This document shows positions 13,601 to 24,400 of a DNA stretch of 55,699 nucleotides, piece by piece; within the stretch, counting starts at the first letter, position 1; each line of letters starts with the position of its first letter. A program made the position numbers and the translations under genes. The notes under the pieces are model-generated. The model did not search any database and had not been told where the DNA came from. It worked only from the letters and a program-made list of their open reading frames with translations. This stretch comes from Aplysia californica (Eukaryota): NCBI RefSeq assembly GCF_000002075.1, contig NW_004798197.1, positions 143,610 through 199,308 of the forward strand, written 5' to 3'.

Positions 13601-14504
13601 TATGACACGTCATATTTCCCCCTCCCTCCCCTGCACACACACACAGTATGACACATCGTAAAGTTTGTTCCAACAGTTGGGTCAGGCAGGTGCGACTGGC
13701 TGTGTTGGACATTGTCTTGCTTCTTTCTACTTTCTTGTCCCTTTGTTTTCTGTGGGATTTTGCCAGTGTTTGGACCACTGTTCTGCCGTAAGCTGACAAA
13801 ACGCCTTTTTTAATTTTGGTGCCAAAAATTTTTATTTGCTGAATGAAAAGCCTGATCAGTTACCATTCTTGTGTGAAAAAATTGAAGTGAAGCTGTAACT
13901 AGTTTTTGAATAAATTAGAATTCAAATTTCAGAAGTACTCTATTTTTCAATGGTTACACTGACATAAAACACTTTTTTCTCGTAACTGCAGTGAATAAAA
14001 AATGTGTTTTGTCAGCTTACGGCAGTGTTACAGGCGAGCATGTCTGTCCTGCTGTTATAAAAACAATTTGTGACTCTACATGAAAGAGACAAAACTCGGA
14101 GATTTGATCAGTGCGGCTCACAATACTGTTTGATAAGTGGGGAGAAAAAATGGTATATGTTTAACATTCAACACTTTGGGAAGACTATTATTAGATTAGG
14201 GAACCTCCGAGTTCAACATCCTTCTCTGAAAGGACCAAGCTAAACAGGAAATTCTTGTAAAGTGCCTTTCCCAGGGACATGATGTCGGACTGAGCTGATG
14301 CTCGAATCCCCCAAACCTGCAATGGGTCGGATAGCCAAACACTCAGCCACCGACGCCTTATAAGTGGGGCTCACTGTAGTGTTTTGATGTTTGATGATCT
14401 CCCCATTTATCTCGGATGTTTTCTATTTTTACTTTCAGGGTAAAGGAAACCAAAGGCCAGGCAAGAACCGACGAAAGGTGCTCAAGAATAAAAATAAACA
14501 CTAA
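757..14504 (+). CDS. EBNA1BP2: rRNA-processing protein EBP2 (EBNA1-binding protein 2), spliced gene, 290 aa
   Basis: join(757..810,1738..1818,7729..7877,8174..8297,9286..9375,10740..10815,12176..12263,12679..12823,14439..14504). All introns are GT-AG and phases are consistent. Contains Ebp2 motifs WIERLELT, DDFNREMRFYRQAQ, PTKRPEDYFAEMAKSDEHMKK, LRKYGKKVQ, KFGFGGQKK and RPGK. Confidence 0.96.
826..906. repeat. (TAGATC)n palindromic microsatellite
   Basis: Directly visible just after the EBP2 exon 1 donor. Confidence 0.9.
1201..1645. mobile_element. MITE with TIR GTGGCTATTCTCACCCG
   Basis: 17-bp inverted termini at 1201 and 1645; its right end recurs reverse-complemented at about 55617-55699; no clear TSD. 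Confidence 0.65.
1256..1301. mobile_element. 46-bp micro-element with TIR CACAGAATTCTACA
   Basis: Inverted termini; flanks ccctaaac/ccgtgaac (6/8 TSD); related copy at 54544. Confidence 0.6.
1738..1818 (+). CDS. EBNA1BP2: EBP2 coding exon 2 (IQEALAAGKIQPGL...)
   Basis: tttcag acceptor, gtgagc donor; resembles EBP2 LQDAFSRGLLKPGL. Confidence 0.9.
1920..6358. mobile_element. 4.4-kb non-autonomous DNA transposon with 9-bp TSD (Mutator/foldback-like)
   Basis: TIRs CGCAGTGGCTATTTTTACG.. built from tandem subrepeats; perfect TSD tttaatcat at 1911-1919 and 6359-6367; contains assembly gaps. Confidence 0.85.
7302..7480. mobile_element. 179-bp MITE with 6-bp TSD
   Basis: TIR CTGTCCCCGT..ACGGGAACAG; TSD atcttt on both sides; second copy at 16252-16430. 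Confidence 0.8.
7729..7877 (+). CDS. EBNA1BP2: EBP2 coding exon 3
   Basis: EGLSDKIREF...KWIERLELT...DDDFNREMR; AG/GT boundaries. Confidence 0.93.
8174..8297 (+). CDS. EBNA1BP2: EBP2 coding exon 4
   Basis: YRQAQASVLEGL...PTKRPEDYFAEMAKSDEHMKK. Confidence 0.96.
9286..9375 (+). CDS. EBNA1BP2: EBP2 coding exon 5
   Basis: VRSKLLEKKMSMERSEKAKKLRELRKYGKK. Confidence 0.96.
9432..10257. mobile_element. Tc1/pogo(Tigger)-like MITE
   Basis: TIR CAGTGGAACTCGGATT.AACGAG; TA left flank, TG right flank. Confidence 0.85.
10740..10815 (+). CDS. EBNA1BP2: EBP2 coding exon 6
   Basis: VQHEVLLKRQKEKREMLDSVKKFRK. Confidence 0.95.
11305..11478 (+). repeat. ~170-bp interspersed retroposon-like repeat (3' stem-loop plus ACTAAA tail)
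   Basis: Copies at about 33847, 36850, 37011, 37636, 41167, 42447, 46129 and 50403. Confidence 0.8.
11497..11935 (+). mobile_element. tRNA-derived SINE interrupted by a TTAA MITE
   Basis: A-box-like AGCTCAGTTGGT and B-box-like GGTTCAAGTCC; homologous copy at about 43848-44010. Confidence 0.6.
11672..11910. mobile_element. 239-bp piggyBac-like MITE
   Basis: TTAA TSD; TIR CCCTATCCGTACG; inverted copy at 23123-23361. Confidence 0.88.
12176..12263 (+). CDS. EBNA1BP2: EBP2 coding exon 7
   Basis: GQIDKIELLGE...KKNM; phase 1 in, phase 2 out, fits both neighbours. Confidence 0.88.
12679..12823 (+). CDS. EBNA1BP2: EBP2 coding exon 8
   Basis: PNKKREFKNKKFGFGGQKKRSKYNTAES. Confidence 0.96.
13783..14025. 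mobile_element. 243-bp MITE with 4-bp TSD
   Basis: 20-bp perfect TIR CTGCCGTAAGCTGACAAAAC; tgtt on both flanks. Confidence 0.8.
14439..14504 (+). CDS. EBNA1BP2: EBP2 terminal coding exon
   Basis: GKGNQRPGKNRRKVLKNKNKH*; matches the EBP2 C-terminal RPGK motif. Confidence 0.92.
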   Translation, partial: GKGNQRPGKNRRKVLKNKNKH

Positions 14505-15069
14505 TCTCTTCACACTTGTCTGCCTTACTCTTTTTTTTTTAATGAAAGTGTTTTTACGTCAGCATCGATACAATTTAGACCATTTAGCAGACGGGCTTCC
14601 AACCCAGGCTGAAAGGGATACAATATCTTAGCAAAAAGACCGAGATACTGGATAAAAATTCTTCCTACTCGGGAGTCGACCTCAGGTTTCCAGCATGAGA
14701 CAAGGAAGTGTCAAACCGCTGTGATGCTGATGTCTTGTTCTGTGTCCTGTGAATGTCTGTGTTACACGGATGAGTTGCCATGTAAATGTCTACCTTGCAC
14801 GGATGTGTTGCTATGTGGAGTAAATGTTTGTGGTACAGATTCGTCTGCTGGTTTTCCCCTTCTTTATTTCTCAGTGCTCTTTTTCTGTCTTCCAATGGTG
14901 TTGGGATGTGTTCAGTTGGTATCACACTGGGCTATAGTGCGGATGAATATGGTTCAGATCCCCAGTGGTACAGTTTGTATCCCGAGTTGTTTGGAGGAAT
15001 TTTCAAAGCTCTCCACCCAGATGGCTATCTCGGATCGGAGACGGGTGTTACCTCTGAAGACTTAGCCTT

Positions 15070-15280
15070 TCGACTGTGTTGTGTGTGCATGTGTCCAGGT
15101 CGGACAAGTGACTGTGTTGTGTGTGCATGTGTACGGGTGGGACAGGCGACTGTGTTGTGTGTACATGTGTTAGGGTCGGACAAGCGACTGTCGTATGTTG
15201 TGTGTGCTGTGTTCGGGACGAACAGACAGCTGTGTTGTGTGTGCGTGTGTCTGGGTCGAACAGATGGCTGTGTTGCGTGT
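15070..15280. repeat. Minisatellite ggtcggacaagcgactgtgttgtgtgtg..
   Basis: Directly visible downstream of EBP2. Confidence 0.75.
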
Positions 15281-15990
15281 TTCTGGGGGAATGAGGCACA
15301 AGCAGTCAGACCATGGAACGTCAGTAGTTAATAGAGATCATATATAAATACGAACATGTCTCTGTCATTCCCCCCCCCCCCCCGCTACTAATCAATATTA
15401 CTATAACAATGATAAGCTAGTCTTGAAATAGATCTACGTAATGAATTGCATGCTGGATTGTGGAATCAAACGTTGCCGTATGCTAGGCTCTACACAGCAG
15501 CACAACTTATTTGGCAAACAATTCGTCATAGACAATAGACGATGCAGACATGCATTTTATCCAGTTGGCCCTTTTGCACAGTATTTGTTCTTCTTAGGGT
15601 TCAGTGTATTTTCCTGGGATTTTCCAGAATTTCTCTGGCCCCCCAGAAAAACCTGGTCTTGCGGCCGCGTTTTTCGTCGAGTTCATCAATAAACCCGCAA
15701 TTTTTTGCAATTTTCGCAATTTCAGGCAAACTAACATCAATGCTTTAATTTTAAAAGAATTTTTAATTCGAAATGGTGCAAGTACAGAGCCCATAGGCCT
15801 ACATAAATCATGGTTTCGGCCCAGCTCCATTCTACTGGGCGTACTCTAAAAGCTATAACCGGAAATTCAGGCCGGAATGCATCATGTACAACACAAACTG
15901 AGACATTTAGATCTAATAATATGTGTAAGTGTAGATCTAAGCGTGTGCGTGTGATAAGAAAGTAGGTGTGTGTGTGGTGTGCATGTGTAC

Positions 15991-16023
<33 letters not shown>

Positions 16024-16251
16024 AATATTGTTCGTACAGGATGCATGTGTCTACATACACGGTAACCGGGCACTTAGTCTCAGTATCTACGTACACGGGA
16101 ACTGGAATGAAAATAGCTCTGAACCAATATTTGTCCAGTGCTGTCACTTTTTGAAAAAAAAAGAAAGTCCTACATGTACAAGTACTACAAGCGTCTTGTC
16201 GGACTCGCCATCGTGACCGGTCAGTGAACCTGTGCTTTCGCATCACATTAT

Positions 16252-16430
16252 CTGTCCCCGTCGTTTTACGCAAGAAAAATTCTGAAATTATGCAAACTGA
16301 GTCAAAAAATGTGAAATTATGCGATTCTATTACTTTTTAAAAACAATGAAAAAGGAAAATAATCAGAAACTATGCAAAAAATGATCAAATTTTGCTAAAT
16401 TATGCGTGGTGCATAAAACCACGGGGACAG
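16252..16430. mobile_element. 179-bp MITE with 6-bp TSD (second copy)
   Basis: TIR CTGTCCCCGT..ACGGGGACAG; flanks cattat/cattgt. Confidence 0.8.
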
Positions 16431-18308
16431 CATTGTGAGTACCGGTTGGGGCCACCAGAGTTCATTCAAAGTCTGTGCGCTGCGAAGTACAGGGCTCTGG
16501 AATGGGGGTATTGATTTTTTTTAAAGGTGCAGTTGGGAGAGGGCTGGGGATGAAGGCAACACTGGATGACAAAAACTGAACTTGGAGTTCTGAAGTGCCT
16601 GGTTACCGTAGGTAGACACTGAGGCTAGGTGCCCAGTTACCATGTACGTAGACACTCCCTTAATAAAATTAATGTAAACGCCTTAATTAAGCTGCGTTCA
16701 CACAGGAGTGGTCGCTATAGAAATGATCTACATTATTATTACTATTAAATGGAGAGAAAAAATTTGCTGTATTTTACGATTACAATTACAGTTAAAATTT
16801 ACAATTTACAGTTAAAACAATACCATACTGGTTTTAAAAAAGAAAATACCAGAAGTAGGTCTAAATACAGATTACCGGTGTATCGAAGGTTTCAAGAGAA
16901 AAATAGAATAGGATCTGAACTGATTGGGACATAAGCTAATTTTACAATTTGAGGTTGTTCGAATCTCCCATCAATTTTTTTTTGATTTTATAGACTAAAC
17001 CTCATACTACACTTGTAGATCTTTGCATGAACCAAGTACCCGGTGTGTACTAAATTTGATCAGCCCCGGTTTGAACATCAGAAGAGAATAATTTGCTCTC
17101 TTCATTTTGACCAGTCCTGCCTAAGACAACCACCGGTGTTATATGGCCACTTTTCTCCTTGACAATGGGTGGCTGTTTTACACAGGTTTGACTGTATAGG
17201 CACTCTTTTTCAAACATTGGCCCTGACAGACATGGTCGGAAGCCAGCCTCCTAAATGATCTAAATAGTGTGGATGAGGGCATAAAAATACCTATATTTAA
17301 AAACAGCCAAACAAAAACATAAACCATGTGCTTGTGATAAATTATTTTATTTACACTCAGCATGAAATAGGCTTCACACCGTTCCACTGAGTCAGCCACG
17401 AGGGGCTGTAGTGACTGCTAGCTTGATCTTCTTCTATGCTGGCTAAGTCAAAGGATGATTACTGCAATGTATGTATACACTGATGATTGATATGATATAT
17501 CGTGTATACATTGTGACTGATGATTGATATGATACATGTATACAATGATGATTGACATGATACTTGTATACATTGATGACTGATGTGATAACATAGGGCA
17601 CTCAGCACTCAGTACGTACAAATGAAGAAAACCAATGGCATGATGCGCAGTGTGATGAGATAAATTACCCACAGTACAGCAGCACCACAGGACCAGTCCC
17701 GGCCACAGAAGTGGGAGAACAGACAGAGGGTGTACAAACAGTACAGACATGATCTGTAAAAGCTGCCTATCACATGTAGCTGTTTGCCTCAATGTGATAC
17801 TGATAATGATGATATGTATAGAATTAAAGAAGAATGGTGTTTATCATTTGTGCTGTATCAAGGAGAAGAAGTATTCAAAATTTTCTGATGCTGTTGCCCT
17901 GTCTTCTCAGTGGATGTGAACAATGGTCCCGATGTTAAAGCACTAGAGTCTTAAAGTTTTCTACTGTAAAATTTCTGTCATCATCTCTAACAACTAACTG
18001 TGCCATCTGTCCATTTGCTGTTTCTGTGATCATCTCTAACTCTTAACAACTAACTGTGCTATCCGTCTATTCTCTTTTCTATGATCTTTTCTATTTCTAA
18101 CAACTAACTGTACCGTCTGTCCATTCCCCGTTTCTGTGGCTGTTGCTGGTCCTACCTCAGGCTGCAGCTCCCACCAATGACAAAAGAGTTGATGACACAC
18201 AGAAGTGGGACTGACTGACAGATGCCCAAGTGTTGGCTTCTGTAAGGCTCAAGAATCTTGTGATATTGCTTGTTGTCTGCACCTGTGTGGTCGAGTGGCA
18301 AGAATCCA

Positions 18309-18422
18309 TCAGTTGAGATTTTCCTGCTGCTCCTTGATCCTCCAGGCCGCGTCCATGTACTTGGTTATACTTGAGTTCTCGCGACGGAAACACAGCCTCT
18401 TGTCCGCCGTGTCATGCTCAAC
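18309..18422 (-). CDS. CFAP144: CFAP144 terminal coding exon
   Basis: VEHDTADKRLCFRRENSSITKYMDAAWRIKEQQENLN*. Confidence 0.9.
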   Translation of the reverse strand, partial: VEHDTADKRLCFRRENSSITKYMDAAWRIKEQQENLN

Positions 18423-21400
18423 CTGTCGGGAAGATGGGTCGAGGAAACAGTCAATTACATGAGTGTGTTGTATGTGTGTGTGTGTGTCAGTGTGTGTGGA
18501 TGGGGGGGAGGTGGGTGATGACGAAAATTTTCAAGGTGAAGGTCAAGAAACTGGCATTTTTCCACAGGTTTTGGAATTGTTATCGAATTTTTGTTTTTTG
18601 GCTCAACACCTCTCATGCCCATAAAAGAACATTCTCAAAATATCTGTGAGTATTTTACTGAAAAACGTTGATTAGAGGCATAAAAGATGTGTTTTCAGTT
18701 TCAAGGGACTCTCCAGCTAAGGAAATAACTCAACTTTGGTGGCCATTTTCTTGCTAATTTCACCTCTTAAACCAGCCCCCCCCCCCCCCCCCCCCCCAAC
18801 ACCTCTTTCACCTTGTAAATGACTTGTGCTCAAGATAAATGGATATTTTTTTCATCAAAATCAAGGCAAATGGACAGGCTTTGAGATCACACTAGCAACT
18901 ACACATGCCCAAAAATTGACAAGAGCCTGATTCCACCACATCCTGACACATATACAGTCGAACCTGTGTAAGACGGAATCACAAGGGAGCCAGAAATAAA
19001 TTCCGTCTTAGACAGGGGAATTTAGGGGGAGATGGACGGGGGTGTGGGTTCAAAGGTCCAGCCGGTGGGATCAAGGATCCAGTCGGCAAGCAATGGTCAA
19101 AACTTCACACCTTTCAATAGCTGTCCTGTTTGATAATGACATGTATCAGTCTTCCTAATCCAATTACCACAGTACTTGCTTGTTTGAACTATTAAAAACA
19201 AACATTTCAACATCTCCTTTGCTTCCACCCTTAGCCCCACCCACTGGTGTAACAAGCACAGTCAACCAATGCCACCCTTCACTGCCATGTAACAACGATT
19301 CGATGGGAACTCTTTTCACGGTTGGCTGTACGATCAGGGCGCATTGGTCAATCTAATTTCATACACTCTCACGAGCAGTTGTGAGATTTCAAACCCACAC
19401 CACCCAGACCATCTGCATCCCTCGGGGCTCACATGACGGGGTAACATTAACATCTATCCCCAAATTGCACCCCTACTCCCCTTCCTTGCCCAGCAGCATG
19501 GCCATGGCGTTAAGTTTAGAGCCAGCGGAACCAAACTTGCGAGTTTTGTCTTAGACAGGTGAAACTCTCGGAAGAGAGCGGATTTTTCTTTCTGTTTCCG
19601 CATTGGACAGGTTTCCATTAAGGCAGGTTCGACTGTACATAAATTTTTTTCTAATGTCGGGACCTGAAAACTTGTTGGCTAGGTGCGGGCTGGACTGTGA
19701 TTGTACAAGTAATTCTGACATAAACAATTCTGTTTGCAATTTTCACAAATAATCTGAGATGTCGCTACACCTTGTACTTCAGTTACAACTCCATGTCATG
19801 GGATCTAAGTTAAATGTTTTCTTTTTGTTGTCAGATCACAGTTTGCTATCAGATATTACACGTTTTGTACTAACGGTCTACTGATCACATTTTTTGTACC
19901 AACATACCAGGGGTCTGCTGATCCAGCCATATTCCTGGGCCTCTGTCTGGGGGAAGGTGTATTTCTTCACTGGCTCTTGGTTGGCTCGCTTGATCACCTT
20001 CAGGAAATGAGCTGTGGAGGAAAGTTTAACAAAATAGATACGCCCTGTGTGCATCGCAACTCCCCTAACCCAAATGTACACTGCTATATATATATATATA
20101 TAGAGAGAGAGAGACCCCCAGTCTTGGTTCTCAAACCATGTTTTCTGACATACTATGTTCTTGTTCAGATTTTACATTGCTGTAACAAAGTTCAAAGCCA
20201 GTCTCTGTACCTTAACTTTCAAATCAAACTGTCTCCACATAAAGGAAAATAAAGGATGGCAAGACCCAAAGATTAGGTGAAACTGAAAGAAATTACTTTG
20301 TACAGGAATCATATAAAAAAACAAATCAAATTTTGTTGAGATAACCTTTTTGAGGATACAACAAGACAAGTGAGCAAATATTTCGTTCATCAGGAACAGA
20401 AAGGAAATTTTAATTTTAGATCAAAGACTTTTTTTTTTTCACTTTAGTTAAGACTTTTACTATCACTTTGCTTTGGGCATCTGTTGAACAATAGACAAAC
20501 ATTCAAGTAATCTCATGACTGTTACCAAACGATAGTGAAGAAGTTATGCATTTAAATAGAGCATTTTAGATCATTTGAAACTGTGTTAAGTCTTAAGAAT
20601 TAAGTGCTATCACAAAATATTCAGACAGACAGTTCCCCTCTCTAAGATATATATAGATAGTCAATTTTTACTTTCATCCATCAAACTCCAATCATCGTCA
20701 TCATCTTGTGATATAAGTAGGCCTATTTCTGTTATTTTTATAGCATGAACCATCAGAATACCGCGGGCTACTCTCAGGAAACTGATTGTTGTCAGGTCGC
20801 TGTTCAAATGTGTTATGTCCAGAAAGAAATTTTTTTTCAGGAGAGAGAAAAAAACTGTTTCATTCTTTTAACAATTGTACCAAATAATGGGTTTTTTCCT
20901 TGCTTTTTTCTACATTTAGATTTTGAATTTCAAAAAAATATTTCTTGAGCACATGCAAACAATGAACCAATGTACCACACACGGCGTCCGAAATTCCGTC
21001 TCAGCGATCTTTTAGTTAGTCCGGGCCCCCCGCGGTAGGCCATAAATTAGCGGCAGGTGACCTGCAATTTCACGCGTCAAGTCGGGGATTGACCGGGGTC
21101 AACTCGTGCACAGCGCTGTCCTATCTTGTCCTTATCAGAACGCGTTTCTTCCCCTAATTTCATGAGCCGTAAAATGATGCTCACTCTACTCCTAGAACCT
21201 ATTTCTTCACCAATTCCGCTTCGTCTACGTCTTCTTGATATCTTGTGAAAGTTTCAACAGTTTTCATTGATTCGTTTGGGAATAATAACAGGTTTAAATT
21301 GTGAGTGTTAAGTGATTGGAAGCGCCGATAATAATGTTATCTCTTCAAATTTAATTACAAATCATTCGAGAATGGAACGATGGTCTTTATTTCTGTTTGC

Positions 21401-24400
21401 ACGGTGTGATAGCCATCAAATCATATTTTCTAATGATATGAATTTTGTTTTTCCAGCACTTTGCAGTGACTGGCTATCAGTTAGTGAATTGTGTTCCTAA
21501 GTAAAAATCGTTAAACTGCAATGGGCCAGTCACACATATGAGAGGCATAGAGTCTCTGAATGAACTTGGTCGTGTGTGTTGGCGTTTAAATTTAACTGTC
21601 AAACAAAACAAGTACAGAAAGCCCCGACTATGTAAGACAATAGCAGGAGATATTCTCTTGGTTTATGGGATTGATGTGAGGGACGAAAATGAACAGTCGT
21701 ATTCCGCTAACATTTGTGTCAAGTGTTTTACCGCGATTTCAACTATCAAAAGGAGATATGGTGTTACGTCACGTCAATTCATGCCGCAAAAAAGCAGTTG
21801 ACACTAGTAGGAACATGTGGTGTGCGTTTGACAATAGCAGAAATGTGAATTCCTTCTCCGTTTTGTCGGTACCGCTTAGGTGGCTGCATACAAAGATCAA
21901 TTTCAAGCTAACATCGTAAAACACCCCAAACATACCTCCCTCCATCCCCATGTATGCAAGGAACTAACAAACACAATTTGTACAGAAACAAGAAAATACT
22001 CCGTCGAAACTGCAAAAATTGAGGAGGCAAAAGGAATGGAAGCAATATTCAATCTTCTCAATGAAAGATTTAGCCATGTTCACACTGCAATATCAAATCT
22101 CAAACCAGTCGAACGATTTTCAGTTCCACAAATCTTCTTAGCAATCGACAATTACATGTCCGCATTCAGACGCTATTTCCCCGCAAAGTTATCCAAAAGC
22201 CACACATATCATAACAACACTGTATTCCACACATACAACAACACATGTTTGCTCTCGGGCGTTTAGGAGAACAGGACACAGAAAGCAGTCACCAAGTGAT
22301 CTCAAAACTGGAAGCCAGAGTATGAAGGATCCCAAACCAGATAGACATAATGCGTTTTATTTTTGTGTCGCATCTCCTGCAAATAGCTCCCTCATTGCGT
22401 GCTGCTGGATATGTTTAGAAAGAAAAATTGTATAAATGTATACTTTTATTCTGTACATGTTCATTTCGTGAAAAGAAATCGGTGCTGTATATTGAAGATA
22501 CGTCAGTATATCATTATTCAGGAGGATACACATTCCATTGGATACAAAAAGTCATGAATGCAGGGAAGCGTTTTGGCTATCATGCTCATGACAAGTTCCA
22601 TGTTCGTGCTGGAAACAAAATTTTGAGTGAGTCAATTTCTAAACACATTTTCCTGTCTTACGTGGCAGTTTTGTAAATATTTATCGTTAGGCTTATAAGT
22701 TATTAGCCATTCAATATGTGTTTGTTGTTTTGACTAACTATAAATAGACATACATTTTAAGAGCATCTAACTCCAAAACGTGAGCAGCCATGGTATTGCT
22801 ATTTCATACCAATAAAGAGGTTTAGTTGCTTTCTCTAAAGAACAAACTTGTGTTCCCGTATGATATTTTTTTTGTGTGTAAGACGATAAAACATGTGTTG
22901 AAAAATTCATTTCACCGGCTACTGACGCAGGTAGCGGGAGGGCGGGTTAGTGACCTCTGGGTGACCGGCCCGCCGTGACCCGGTCACTCCATCGCCGATC
23001 CAACTAAAAGAGCGCTGTTTGTACGCCGTGCACAGATTAAGAAACCACACACACATAAAAATTTTTAATGTTGGGCTTAGTGCATCTGAACAGCTGTCCG
23101 ACATTATATGTATCTACCTTAATCCTATCCGTACGTCATGTGCTACTATCATATCCATACGACGTGGGGAACTCTGTACCACCACTTTCCAAAGAGGAAA
23201 TTTACTCGTTAATTCGATCTGTACACTTTGCATCAGTCTGTCAAAATGACTTTTTGAGAAAAACTGAAAGCTTCAAAGAGATCTTCGTACTAGAAGTATT
23301 CTTAAACGTGAAGAATACAACCCCCAGGGGTACAAAATGACCCCAGGGTGTACGGATAGGGTTAAACATATTATCACTGCAAACAACAATTTGTTCATTC
23401 ATAAATTATCAGATGCATGTAACTGTTGGTCTATTTGTCAATGCAAGCATATCCACGTCAGCAAGCTGTTCAAATGTCCTAGGCCAGAAAGAACAATTTC
23501 TTCTCCAGGGAGATAAATAAATTGTTGCATTTGTTTGACAATTGTACCCATTTTGTGCATCTTTTCTTGCTTTTTTCAACATTTATACATTTTATCACAT
23601 ATTTCTAGAGCTCATGCAACGAATAACACAGATAGATTAAGAAACTGCAATAAAACGAACATTTCAAAATCTTGGGCTTATTAGGCTTATATTTGAAAAG
23701 CTGGTCAATGATATGAATTACGTGAGGATGTGTAAGAGAGTGTGTGTGTATGGGTGTGCGTGCATGTGCACGTACTGTGTATGGGAGTCATGTGGATTTG
23801 TTGAAATACAAAACTAATGAGCCAGTATCTTCACAATAAATTTTTTATCTTAATCCCTAAAACTTAAATTCTCTGCATCCTGCTAACCATCCTTGTCTCT
23901 CTTCACTTTTTCTCCATTCTTACATCATCTAATTTTGATGGTATGATGAGATTGTTAATATTTTTAAAATTCAGAGTTCCGCAACCCTACCTATTGTTAT
24001 TGTTATTGAGTAAACAAAGGAAAAGAAGTCAAATAAAAATCAACTTTATCTCTCAAAACTTTTCTTACTTCTTTCCACTCAAGATGCCATGAACTCTGTC
24101 TTTAAAATAAAGTGTGTGTGACACAACCTTCAGCATAACTGCCTCTAACAAAAAGGTGATATGTTGACTCACCATCTTCTTCTCCTTCAGCAGTATCGTG
24201 TGTTGAGTTTGGTTTGCCGGCTAAAACATACACTGTAGAAAAAAAAAAGAAGCAAGTCTAATTTGTGCTCTTAAATTCATTTAAAATAAGAGCCTTAGCG
24301 TAAGAAACACATAAACAACATTATAAAACAAATTTTAAAAACCCACACAAATTTAATAAATAATAAACCTGATCTGCACTAATGCTTTAAAAATGTTAAT

